A stretch of DNA of 64,000 bases from Octopus bimaculoides (GCF_001194135.2 NC_068987.1:10905191-10969190), one strand, 5' to 3'. Positions 39,020-51,450 are shown, counted from the stretch's first letter. Program-made: numbers and translations. Notes: generated by a model from the sequence alone, not told the origin.

Positions 39020-39415
39020 ATGACAAGCTTCTTTCAGTTTCTTATTTCTTTATTGCCCCACAAGGGGCTAAACGTAGAGGGGACAAACCAGGACAGTCAA
39101 AGGGATTAAGTCAATTACATCGACCCCCAGCACTCAACTGGTGCTTAATTTATTGACTCCGAAAGGATAAAAGGCAAAGTCGACCTCGGTGGAATTTGAA
39201 CTCAGAACGTAGCAGCAGACGAAATACCACTAAGCATTTCACCCAGCATGCTAACACTTTTGCCAGCTCGCTGCCTTCTTTCAGTTTCTGTCTATCAAAA
39301 TTGTTCACAAGGTTTTGGTCAGTTTAGAGCTATAGAAGAAAACGCTTGGCTTGCAAGGATTGAAACTGAAACCACATAGGTAGAAAGCAAGCTCTTTAAC
39401 CACACAGCCATGCCT
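39020..39415 (-). mobile_element. Family A head interrupted by SINE B1 (39043-39274)
   Basis: Perfect 15-bp TSD cttctttcagtttct at 39028-39042 and 39275-39289. Confidence 0.92.
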
Positions 39416-39743
39416 GTATCTTTCTAAATAATCAACGAAAATATGTTGAAAATAGAAATGAGAAAAAAATTTAACTTTTAATAATAAATGAATTTCAAAG
39501 GACTGAATTGGTCAATTTATTAAATTTATTTATGAAATTAGCTAATAGTCAATTTAAACCATTTTCATATGATGGCCTTCTTTCACACAATTTATGTATT
39601 CCTAATCATTATTTCAAAGTGTTATTTCACTAATTGAGAATTATTAAAGAGCAGAATCCTTTGTAGATTTTGTCAAAATATATATTCAGTATGAAAATAA
39701 AGCTCTACATGAATTTCATATATATAAATTTATATTTATATAT

Positions 39744-39787
<44 letters not shown>

Positions 39788-39994
39788 NNNNNNNNNNNNN
39801 NNNNNNNNNNNNNNNNNNNNNNNNNNNNNNNNNNNNNNNNNNNNNNNNNNNNNNNNNNNNNNNNNNNNNNNNNNNNNNNNNNNNNNNNNNNNNNNNNNNN
39901 NNNNNNNNNNNNNNNNNNNNNNNNNNNNNNNNNNNNNNNNNNNNNNNNNNNNNNNNNNNNNNNNNNNNNNNNNNNNNNNNNNNNNNNNNNNNNN

Positions 39995-40062
<68 letters not shown>

Positions 40063-40423
40063 GTTAATGTTTATCTTTATGTCAAATTATATATTAAAGA
40101 TAAAAATACATTTTAATGGAGTTCAGATTTAATAATTTTTACAAGGAAAACATTGACAGTGAGTTCGAAGTTTCAGCTTCTTTCGTTCTGACAGCAAGTA
40201 AGTCAAAACTTCAAAACCACTATTACCCTTTTCTTTTTGTGTGTGTGTGTGTGTGTAAGTTATAATAATAGAAACATTTTTTCTATTATATATTACACAG
40301 GCCTGAAACATATGTTTTGAATGATTTCAAAATATCACTATTTGGTTTGATTTCATTATTACAACTTATATATGTTGATGCCAGGACAAACTAGCTGGTT
40401 TAGATTCTCCTTATGTAGATAAC

Positions 40424-40786
40424 GTGGCACTCTGTCGGTTGCGACGACAAGAGTTCCAGTTGATCCAATCAACGGAACAGCCTGCTCATGACTGAGCCAT
40501 CCACAGACACATGTACCCTTAATGTAGTTCTTGGGGAGATTCAGCATGACACAGAGTGTGACAAGGCTGGTCTTTGAAATACAGGTACAACAGAAACAGG
40601 AAGAAAGAGTTAGAGAAAGTTGTGGTGAAAGAGTACAGCAGGGATCGCCAGCATCTCTTGCTGGAGTCTCCTGGAGATTTAGGTCTTTTTGTTCAATAAA
40701 CACTCGCAACGCCCAGTCTGGGAATCAAAACTATGATCCTATAACTGCGAGTCCGCTGCCCTAACCACTGGGCCATTGTGCCTCTA
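40424..40786 (-). mobile_element. SINE family E with a small internal deletion
   Basis: Colinear with the 4.1, 16.2 and 52.9 kb copies; TSD degenerate. Confidence 0.88.
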
Positions 40787-41147
40787 CTATATGGATATAC
40801 TAATAATGATTTGGAGTAGTTTGTTTTATACATATATATATATAATAATATTAGGGACAAAATCCAAAATTACAGGTAAAAACTCAATATAATTACACCA
40901 AGGTAGAGATATAGAAAAAAGATGTTGAAAATGCACTAGGATTCATTTAGATTTTGTATCTTTTACTATTGAAAGACTTAACCAGTTTCATAGATTTTTC
41001 TGATTTTCAAAAGTTGAGGGGTTCAATCCCACTGCATGTCACCTTGGGCAAGTGTCTTCTACTATAGCCTCGGGCCGACCAAAGCCTTGTGAGCGGATTT
41101 GCTAGACAGAAACTGAAAGAAGCCCATCGTGTATATATATATATATG

Positions 41148-41184
<37 letters not shown>

Positions 41185-42696
41185 TGGTAATTAGTAAGGG
41201 ATTTCTCCCTGACTAACTTTTTAAAAATTGACTGCTTAGTTTATAATCACAAAGTAATTCCCCATCTCCAAAACAATTTGTGCTTTTTGGCTAGAATGTA
41301 AGATTCTGACAGCTTTAGGCTATTACTCTTCCTCGTTCATTGTTTAAAAGATACACATTTCTTGTCGGTTCTATTAACTTGTAATATGATGTTTAGTATC
41401 CAAGCTCAATCTCTTAGTTTTGAGGCTTGATTGTGTAATTATGTGATATACTTGCTCATTGCTTTAGAAAGAAAGTTTATAAAAATAGAATGTAAGAAAG
41501 CAGTAAACAAATCTCATATAAACAAGGGGCAACTCGTTGAAGACTCAAACATTAACATTTTATTTGTATATATGTAGATCTTGTTGAATAACATTAACAG
41601 CTATTCAAATGTGCACAGTTGGTGCATCTTTCCTGTTTGTATAACACGTTTCCGATGCGAGCATGAATTTTTTTTTTTATGATTCGAACAAATGCACTCT
41701 GTTCTTCAGGTTTTGGTTTTTTAATGTTACCATGATAAATATATACCTGGTGCAACGTCAGCTTTTAGGAATGCAGTAAATATAATAATCCATTTGGCTT
41801 GTTGTTGAAGTTAGTTTTCGTATCAAGCTACAAAAATGATAGTGTATTAGATGTACTGATTAACTGGTATGTTTTTCTCAAAACACTTTCTAGCTCATGT
41901 TACAAAAAAATACCTTTGTAAAATTTGGTTAAACATCAATTAGTATCTGTTTTACTGTATGGTTTTATAACCTGCAATGTTTTGTTTAGATTCTGCTGGA
42001 TTTCAACTGTATTATAAGCTAAATTTTTCATCAAAATTTTTCATCGTTTAACATCATCATTACCACTATTTAACATCTATTCTCCATACTGGCATAGGTT
42101 GGAATGATTCGAGAGAGCCTAGTGAGCCAGAGGTTTGCACTGAATTCCAATATCTACTTTGGCATGGTTTCTACTATTAGATGCCCATCCTAATGCCAAC
42201 CACTTTACAGAGTGTACTGGGTGCTTTTTACAGGGTCACTGGCTCCAGTGAGGTCACAAAGTAACTTGTAAGACAAGAAGATCCCTTGACTGAGGCAGTA
42301 GTGGGGGCTGGGGTATGGAGGGAAGTGGCTTTGTGCCAGGTGATGAGATACTAAAATATGATAGGGAGACAGGAACAGGTGTCTTGCTGTTGGGGAGATA
42401 CATAGTTAATTCAGTTAGAAGAGGAGGATGCTGGTGAAGATGTTATAGGAATCAATTAACCAAATGAAAAAAAAAGAAGTTTTTTTGTTTATAGGTAAAG
42501 TGATTTTATTAAAGAATTTCATAACTTGTATTAATTTTGGATGATATGTGTGGTTAAGAAGCTTGTGGTTTTGGGTTCAGTCTCATTGCATAGCACCTTG
42601 GACAAGTATATTCTACTATAGCCCAAGGTCAATCAATGCCTTGTGAGTGAATTTAGTAGAGAGAAACTGAGAGAAGCTTGTGTACACGCATATATA

Positions 42697-43224
42697 CAAG
42701 GTGGGCCAAAAGTCATGCACGTATGTTCAATGTGCTCAGGAATTGTCAAAGATATGCTTTAGTTTTTCTAAAATTGGATAAAAATAAATAAAATAATGAT
42801 GGATACACATGTATTTGTACAGGATGAACAAAATACATGATGATAATAATAATAATAATAATAACAACAACAAGAACACTCAGAGACAGCAAACATCTGC
42901 CAAGGCAACACCAACGATTAGCTGGGGATGATTTTTAAAATGGGAATATCTGAAATAAACTCGACTGCTCTCACAAATGAGAATACTAAAAATGAACATG
43001 ACCACTCTCAAATATTAAGTAAAAAAAAAACAAGAAAACTAATCCAGAATCGATTCCAAAATCTAATCAGTTTGTGCCAGTCACGAGGCCAAACATCCCT
43101 GAAAGTCTCATCCGAATCCATCCAGCACTTCATGAAATATCTTGTCCAGAGACAAACAAACAGACATGACTGAAAACAATACCTCTGCCCTCGCTAAGGC
43201 AGAGGTAATAATAATAATAATAAC

Positions 43225-43266
<42 letters not shown>

Positions 43267-43329
43267 CATAATAATAACGTAATATATAATGTCAAATACT
43301 TTGGTGCGTGACTTTTAGTCCACCCTTTG
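42697..43329. mobile_element. Tc1/mariner-type element containing a HINE insertion (42872-43211, minus) inside (AAT)n
   Basis: TIRs caaggtgggccaaaagtcatgcac / gtgcgtgacttttagtccaccctttg with TA flanks. Confidence 0.75.
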
Positions 43330-43419
43330 TATATCTGTGTGTGTTTGTATATGTATGTGTGTGTGTGTGTGTGCGCATGTGAATGTGTGTGTGTGCATGT
43401 GAATGTGTGNNNNNNNNNN

Positions 43420-43471
<52 letters not shown>

Positions 43472-43648
43472 ATGTATGATAATTCCTGTCACAGCTGGAA
43501 TAACCTTGATCATAGGTTTGTTTGTGGAAAGTTGATTCAAGACAACACAGTTTTTCCAAATCTTTCAAATTAGTCAACTACTTCCAAATCTGAATGGCCG
43601 TATATGCAGCTATTAATATATGCAGTAACTTTTAGAACAAACATACTT

Positions 43649-44041
43649 CTAACCCTTTAACATTTAAACCAGCCAATTCCGACCTAGTCCAGCCAAAATA
43701 ATCTACCTGTTTTATGCTCAAATAGGCCAGATCTGGCCTCGAGAATTTAACAGCTACCTCATCAAACTCTCAAAGCTACAAAATAATACATGATTAATTC
43801 AAAACAATGTGAATAAATAGGCATCACATTTACACTCTCTGAGATACTACACTCTCTGAGTGGTTGGCGTTAGGAAGGGCATCCAGCTGTAGAAACTCTG
43901 CCAAATCAGATTGGAGCCTGGTGTTGCTATCCGGTTTCACCAGTCCTCAGTCAAATCGTCCAACCCATGCTAGCATGGAAAGCAGACGTTAAACGATGAT
44001 GATGATGATTTAACAGAATAATTTAAATGCTAAAGGGTTAA
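43649..44041 (+). mobile_element. TTAA-type MITE (second family) interrupted by an RTE 3' end (about 43831-44009)
   Basis: Ends aaccctttaacatt / aatgctaaagggttaa; same family at 44921, 45717 and 58715. Confidence 0.8.
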
Positions 44042-44920
44042 ACAACCTGTCCTCAATGTTATTCCTATTTAGACTTTTCTCTTCCTCAACAATTCATATT
44101 CCTGCTGAAAATTTCATTTACATTTATGCTAGCAATTACCTAAAATATATTTTCTTCTTTCTGCAAAATATGGCACAAAAAACATCATCATTGGTATTTC
44201 AGAACAATATCTGAATAGAATTCCAACAAATTTGCTTACATTTGACTAAGTGAATTTAAATCTCCTCATGAGAGAACTTCAAAACTCTAAGATCTTACCT
44301 AGAAAAAGTCGCTGTTAATTTCAAAAATGCATTTTTGTGCAATATGCACTTGTATGTGTGCTTGTTGTATTTTTCATTAAATACTAATCTTCACAGATGT
44401 ATGACAAGGAACTTTCGTAAAGCTACATTCCTAATTTAAAATTCCACCAAATTGTCTATGTGTTCAATATCTATTATCTACCACACCTGAAATTCTATAA
44501 GCGGAATTCATCTACAATTCACAGTAAAAACAAAATAACAAAACAAAGCACAACAATGAAAATAAAACGATGTTCTAATATATTTCATTTCATATATTTG
44601 AATGGAATTCTTTCGGTCCTCTATTGAACCAAGCCGAATCCTAATAGCACTTTATTCTTTGAGATAAAGCTGTAAATGAAAACATTAGCCCATAAACCTT
44701 TTTTTAAACATTTTTAACATTACCAATCAATTTCATCAAAAAAAAAATAAAGACATTTCTTTTGTTTTGTCTTCCTTTTTATTTTATTATCAGCAATTTT
44801 CCTTTGAAATGTTCAACAAAACACAGAGCATCAGAAAACAACAATAAAATTCTCCTATTCACTGTAATTCACTGTTACTGCCAAAAGTCACATACTGTGT
44901 CTTACCTAACCCTGTACCAT

Positions 44921-45322
44921 TTAACCCATTAGCATTTAAACTGGCCAAATTTGGCCAAAATATTCTGGACATAGTTGTCTAGTTGTTCTAAATCAACTTT
45001 CCTCAAATAGACCTATGATCGAGGGTATTCCAGCTGTGGCCATCCTATCTTATATAGGGATGTTTAGAACTGTAATATTTAATGTGTCTTGTTCCTTAAT
45101 CAAAATAGCAGGTTGCTGTATCAGGTCAAAATATTTAATCTGTTTTATGTTGAAACTGGCCAGATCAGGCCTTTCACCTCAACCCTACAATGTCATTCTA
45201 AAATATAAAATTAATCACATCATCGAAATCTTTAAGCTACAAGATAATGCATGATTAATTCATAACAATATAAATAAACGAACATTATATTTGAAAGAAT
45301 AATCTAAATAGTAAAAGGTTAA
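44921..45322 (+). mobile_element. TTAA-type MITE with an internal insertion
   Basis: ttaacccattagcatttaaactggcc...aaaaggttaa. Confidence 0.7.
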
Positions 45323-45716
45323 TGGAAATTTGGTTGCTATTTCTAGCAGTTTGAGTGACTTTCTAGATGCTCATATATAATGTGTGTGTATGTATCTTTT
45401 GCCAAAATACACATTGGAGGGTGAAAATTCATACATAAGCTGGTGTGTCTGAACAAAAATACTTGTAGCATTCTCTTTAGCATTACTTAATGTGGATATA
45501 TTATAGAAAACTGCAGTATTCATCTCAAGAAAGCATCTCATATAGACATATAGTGCTAAAAAGTACAGAATTATCCACTATCAGTCACATGCTAACAAAT
45601 TTCTCTTCTGTTGATATTCAAAAACAGTGATTAATAAATCACTGGTATCGCAATTAACTGGCAAGCTGGGTAAATATTTTGTTATTAGCGATAGGCTTCA
45701 GATTCCCTTATCCCAC

Positions 45717-45952
45717 TTAACCATTTGAATCCCTCTGCATTCAAATTTCTTTGTCAAATGTATTGCCTATTTATTCACATTGTTTTGAATTAATCACGTA
45801 TTATCTCACAGCTTCAAGATTTCAATGGTGTGTTTGTATATTTTTAGAATGGCATTGTTGGGTAGGTGTAAGAGGCTGGATCTGGTCAGCTTTAACATGA
45901 ACCAGGTAGAATGTTTGGGATGGATGTGGCCAGAATAAATGTTACGGGTTAA
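45717..45952 (-). mobile_element. TTAA-type MITE, inverted copy
   Basis: Reverse complement of the 43649/58715 family body. Confidence 0.7.
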
Positions 45953-46124
45953 ATGTAGCGAGACAGTGATTGGCCTATCAGAGACCTGTAACTGTTGATG
46001 CTCTTGTCCACAAAATGCATGATACAAATATCTAGAAATTGAAAAAAGAATCCTTGGCTTACAAATATAAACATTTTAACTAATATTTTCTTTAAAATGA
46101 ACAAATATAAATATGGCTTTGAAA

Positions 46125-46330
46125 ATATTTATATTTTCAAATATATATATATATATTTTAAAATATATTTCATATTTGCAAATATATTTTAAAATATATT
46201 TCATATTTGCAAATATATATTTTAAAATTTATATATATTTGCAAATATATATTTTATATTTTCAGATATATATTTTAAAATTTGTATATATTTTATATTT
46301 TCAAATATACATTTTGTATTTTAAAAAAAA
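46125..46330. repeat. AT-rich ~31-bp tandem repeat
   Basis: atatattttaaaatatatttcatatttgcaa repeated and decaying. Confidence 0.8.
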
Positions 46331-46444
46331 AGTATTTTGTATTTTCAATGAGAATAAAATAATTTATTTTAGAATTGAATGACAAATAAAAGTTGGCTCA
46401 TTACATTTTCTCCTGTTTTTTTTTGTTTTTTTTTTCTATTCCAG

Positions 46445-46539
46445 TAGGATATTTTGCAGGAAAAGACCAAAAGTAAAAGAATAAAAATATGAACGAAAAA
46501 TTATAATAATGGATGGATTATTGGCGTGTATTTTTGTAG
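46445..46539 (+). other. Candidate exon with a possible start codon (MDGLLACIFV, ATG at 46509)
   Basis: Long poly-T acceptor with tandem CAG/TAG, donor TAG|gtaagg. Confidence 0.3.
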
Positions 46540-47199
46540 GTAAGGTATCTTGTTATTTCTACAGAGTGCATATATACTAATTCAGAATCATAGTTTTTCT
46601 TTTAAGTATACATTTCTTCTGCTTTCTTTCTTTCACCAAACATATTAGAAGATCTTAGCCAAGCTGCTCAGATAAGATAAAAGTTGTTGTGTTCGTGCAT
46701 TCTTCTTTTGTTGTTGTTGTAAAGATGAATAAAGCCATGATATTCCTAAAATACCTGTAACCTATTGGCTCTGTACGGCTTTCAGAATGTCCAAATACAT
46801 TAGTCCTATATANNNNNNNNNNNNNNNNNNNNNNNNNNNNNNNNNNNNNNNNNNNNNNNNNNNNNNNNNNNNNNNNNNNNNNNNNNNNNNNNNNNNNNNN
46901 NNNNNNNNNNNNNNNNNNNNNNNNNNNNNNNNNNNNNNNNNNNNNNNNNNNNNNNNNNNNNNNNNNNNNNNNNNNNNNNNNNNNNNNNNNNNNNNNNNNN
47001 NNNNNNNNNNNNNNNNNNNNNNNNNNNNNNNNNNNNNNNNNNNNNNNNNNNNNNNNNNNNNNNNNNNNNNNNNNNNNNNNNNNNNNNNNNNNNNNNNNNN
47101 NNNNNNNNNNNNNNNNNNNNNNNNNNNNNNNNNNNNNNNNNNNNNNNNNNNNNNNNNNNNNNNNNNNNNNNNNNNNNNNNNNNNNNNNNNNNNNNNNNN

Positions 47200-47500
47200 T
47201 ATATATAAGGATTTACTTTTCGTAATGAGATGAAAAACCAAGGTTGTGTATAATATCGAACATTTATAAATAGGTCTTACAGCTGTTTCCAGGATATTTA
47301 TTATATCCCTTCATCGGATACGGTGTGAGAGGATCATTAAATAATAGTTAGTTTAGATAAGATAGGAAATAGAGAGTGAATGCAGGGAATATTGTATTTG
47401 TAAATCCATTGTTTAGGCAGAATGGTATACATATAAGATTCCAATACCTTCACAAGGTATTGGAATCTTATATGTATACCATTCTGCCTAAACAATGGAT
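47200..47500 (-). mobile_element. Penelope-like terminal repeat fragment in a (TA)n site
   Basis: Minus strand gatgaagg...gaaacagctgtaagac motif typical of PLE pseudo-LTR ends; (TA)n on both flanks; 47-bp foldback at its 5' end. Confidence 0.6.
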
Positions 47501-47519
47501 ATATATATATAAAATGGAG

Positions 47520-47770
47520 ACTGTTGTGTCAAAATGGTATTAAAAACTTTGTTGCAACTAGCATGAACGACTTTGAGATGCAGGGCAAAGGAGAAAAGTT
47601 GCCGCAAATATACCACCTGCACTGATCTATAATCCTCATGCTTGCCGGATCTGTGGGCTTTTTTGCAAATCGTTTGTGGGACTGAAATGTTACATTCGAC
47701 ATAAGCATTTTGACTGACAAAGAAAGAGTAGATTGTTGGATCCTCATACATCAAAATTGATGGGAGAGTC
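47520..47770 (+). pseudogene. Decayed LINE C-terminus with a CCHH-like finger (RTE-BovB-like)
   Basis: GIKNF...CRICGLFCKSFVGLKCYIRHKHFD*. Confidence 0.5.
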
Positions 47771-47972
47771 CAGCACCAATACACACACACACATATTCGT
47801 ATATATATTTGTATAATTTCAATAATACGTAAAAAAGTGTGTTACTGTCTGGGAGATCTTTATGGTAGTAGAAAAGGCATTTAGCTCCTATTTCTAAACT
47901 CAGTGTGCAACGAAGCAATTAGCTGATCCCTGATTATAATTATGTTTATAATTATAGAATATTTGTATATAT

Positions 47973-48013
<41 letters not shown>

Positions 48014-48409
48014 TGCGTGCACACATATAGTTCACACCTTATTCCAGTTTATTGTCAGATCCTCAAGGATTGTAGATTGTGTTACGTACACATCAAGTGC
48101 CTTTCCTGTCCACGTTTTTCACATTTTATGCATTAATAAGAAAAGAAAGAAAGAAACAAGCAAAAAAATAAGAAAAGAACAGATAAGAAAACTTGGCTAA
48201 TAGCATTATAGTAAGTTGCCAAATTCAAATGTGAAGAAATTCATAATTTAATTCTCTACGGAGAATGCTTCAGCATAATTTATTTGCCATATCTACAATT
48301 TTTATTTACACTTAAAAATTTCAACAAATTTCCCTCTGAGGGTTTGAATATAAAATCTCTTTGGATTTTTTTGTTAATCGTTTATTTTCTAAAATCCTCC
48401 CCTTTCTAA

Positions 48410-48838
48410 TAATAGGAATAATGGTTTTATATTTTGGTACAAAGACAGAAATTTTGGGGAGGGGGTGAGTCAATTACATTGATGCCAGCGCTCAACTGGT
48501 ATTTGTTTTATTGACCTTGAGAGGGGGGAAAGGTGGAATTTGAACTCTGATGGGTGAAATAGTTACCGCTAAGCACAGTAACTATTCTGCTGGCTCGCCG
48601 CCTTAATTATAATAATAATAACCCTTTCTACTACACGCACAAGGCCTGAAATTTGGATAGGAGTGGGGGGAAGTCGGTTATATCGGCCCCAGTACTTAAC
48701 TGGTATTTAATTTATTGACCCTGAAAGGATGAAAGGCAAAGTCGACCATGGTGGAATTTGAACTCAGAACGTAGCGACGGGCAAAGTTCTGCTAAGCATT
48801 CCACCCAGTGTGCTAATGATTCTGCCAGCTTGCCACCC

Positions 48839-48839
<1 letters not shown>
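48410..48839 (-). mobile_element. Two tandem SINE B2 copies separated and followed by (AAT)n
   Basis: gaaaggatgaaaggcaaagtcgac...ggaatttgaactcagaac; tail ctactacacgcacaaggcctgaaattt. Confidence 0.85.
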
Positions 48840-48870
<31 letters not shown>

Positions 48871-48871
48871 T

Positions 48872-49465
48872 GCAGTATCAGGTAGTGTCTTTCGTGGCTT
48901 CTGATCTTAACTGATTGGAAGTGTTATCATGTACATTGTTTTGTCTTGGTATAAAATATGGGCTACGGCAAATATTCTACTCAATAATGCCCTGATGCAG
49001 TACCAAGCAGTGACTCCCATGGCTTCTCATTTTAACTGATTTGAAGTGTTATCATGTCCATTGTTTTGTCTTGGTATAAAAAGATGGGCTACAGCAAATA
49101 TTCTGCTTAATACCACAGATTTGCTTGTCAGTGGTTTGACCGTAACCAGTTGAGCATGTCCCTTGGTGGCTGACAAATATGTGCATCTCTGATCATGAGC
49201 AGAAGTATTTGGAGAGCATCATAGCCATGTGTTGAGAGGAGTTCTTTGGGGTTTGAATAATTCACCTTTGGAAACATGGGTGTTTTGCTCAACATCCTTA
49301 AACAACCCTTATTCAGGGAACTTTTGAGCAGGATGGGCTACTCAACCTGAAAAAAATTCTAACTGGGCCCCACCTGCAAAGTCATGCACTATTTGTTGTG
49401 ATATAAGATCACCATGTCGTGCACATATGGTTGTGATGCATGTGCCTGTTATATCCTTATTAGAT
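48872..49465. mobile_element. Interspersed-repeat fragment with two tandem ~125-bp units (probably LINE UTR)
   Basis: gcagtatcagg...ttaactgattggaagtgttatcatg...ggtataaaa...gggcta repeats at 48872 and 48997; the family assignment is inference. Confidence 0.5.
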
Positions 49466-49571
49466 GTGGTTGGTAAGCAAGCTACTTACCACACAGCCAC
49501 TCCTGTGCCTATATATAAGATTTCATCGTTAAAATTTAACTGCAATTAATTGGTTATACTTCTATAATGCA

Positions 49572-49973
49572 CGATGGCACCACCTTTCAAGCGTGATCGT
49601 TACCAGCGTCGCCTTCCTGGCACTTGTGCCGCAGCTTCGCGTTCCTGGCACTTGTGCCGGTGGAACGTGAAAAGTCATTCGAGTGACATCGTTGCCAGTG
49701 CTGCTGGACTGGCTCCTGTGCGGATGGCACATAAAATACACCATTTCTAGCGTGGCCGTTGCCAATACCGCCTGACTGGCCTTCGTGCCAGTGGCACGTA
49801 AAAGCACCCACTACACTCTCGGAGTGGTTGGTGTTAGGAAGGGCATCCAGCTGTAGAAACTCTGCCAAATCAGATTGGAGCCTGGTGTAGCCATCTGGTT
49901 TCACCAGTCCTCAGTCAAATCATCCAACCCATGCTAGCATGGAAAGCAGACGTTAAATGATGATGATGATGAA
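49572..49973 (+). mobile_element. RTE 3' UTR with subrepeats and (GAT)n tail
   Basis: Colinear with 60830-61230. Confidence 0.9.
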
Positions 49974-50599
49974 GAATTCCTTTTGGAGGTTGATAAAATA
50001 ATCACCAGTTGATACTGAGAGCGATGTAATCAACCTACCTCTTCCCCAAAATTGCTGGCCTTGTGCTAGAATTTGAAATCAGTTTTTAATTAATAAAATA
50101 AGGTAATGAGCTGGCAGAATCCTTAGCATGCTGGATGAAATGCTTAGCAGCATTTTGTTCTTTGCTTTCTGTGTTCAGATTCTGCCGAGGCTGACACTGC
50201 CTTGGGGTCAATAAAACATGTACCTGTTGAGCACTTGGGTCAATCTAACCTGTAATCAACTTAGCCGCTTCCTTGGAATTGGTGGCCTTGTGCCAGATTT
50301 TGGAATCAGTTTTGAGTTACCAAAATATAATGGGATTTTTTCAAAACATCATATGTTTATTAGGGTCCAGTCGAGTAAAACAGGAATGAAAGGGGTCCAT
50401 AGACAAAATAACAGTTAAGAATCACTGGTATAAATAATCATATGCAAATAGCTAAGTAACAAATAACAATAAAAAAAAAAATTCATGGTCTAATCATAAT
50501 TTTCTCATCTTTCTGCTCCATTCCATTAAAAAACACTGGATTAAAACTAGGAATAAAACCATTTTTTTCTTTCTTTCTTTCGATATGTACCAAACACCT

Positions 50600-51450
50600 C
50601 AAAGAGGATTGGACTTTTTAACATTTATTCATTATTTATTTATTCATTTATTTATGCTGCTATACCAATATACTTAACTGCGACGTAAACCAAGTACTAG
50701 TTTATTCTCCACCTCGCTCTCGAGTTGTTGACTTTTATGTACTATTTTCATGTCGATAATAGGAAATTGGATGTGATTAAATTAAACATTTCTCCTATTA
50801 GTTGAGAGATCTGATAGTAGTTCTTCTCGGTTTTCTGTGACTGGAATATTAAAAATAAGGAAATGTGGTTTCTGGTTTTCTCTGGTTTATCTTGATTCTC
50901 TCTCTCTCTCTCTTTCGCTTTCTCTTTCTCTTTCTCTGGTTATCTTGATTTCCCCTCCAAAGTTAGCTTTGGGAATTTCACTTTTATTCCATCTCTTTGA
51001 TTTGGGTTTGATTTTATTCTGTTTCATAAAGATAGATAGATTGCTTTTCATGAGTACCAGCGCCGACAATATTAACTGCACTTGCATTTGATGTTAATGT
51101 GACTCTAGCACAGAGTTTTCTGGAAATATTACTTTGCTTCATGTTTTCGCTCTGACTTCATTTTCGAATCCTGTTTATTGATGGATTATTTAGTTCCATC
51201 TGAAGTAGTTAGTGTTTGAGTAAGAAATAAAGAAGAACAAGTGTGTGTGTGTGTGTGTTTGAGTAAGCGAGCGAGGAGGAGAGAGAGAGAGCGAGAACAA
51301 GAAAAGATAGGGAGAAAAAAAGTGAGAGGAGAGCAAAATGCAATGTAGTGGGAGGCGAAAGAAATGGAAATGAAACCAATGCTTTCTGATATTTTCTCAA
51401 GCAATTGGACATTTCAATCAGCATTCAGTAACAACTTCCCCTGAGTTTCC
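50600..51450 (-). promoter_or_regulatory. Candidate promoter/first exon (SINE-free, CpG-retaining, GA/CT tracts)
   Basis: No SINE between about 50420 and 52170; multiple CpGs and (GA)n/(GT)n tracts; strand inferred only. Confidence 0.3.

Noticed and set aside
40840-41020. Possible second Penelope-like end (…cttttgaaaa…tgaaactggttaag on the minus strand)
   Set aside because: It lacks the CUGAUGA core and a stem II, so it is too weak to call.
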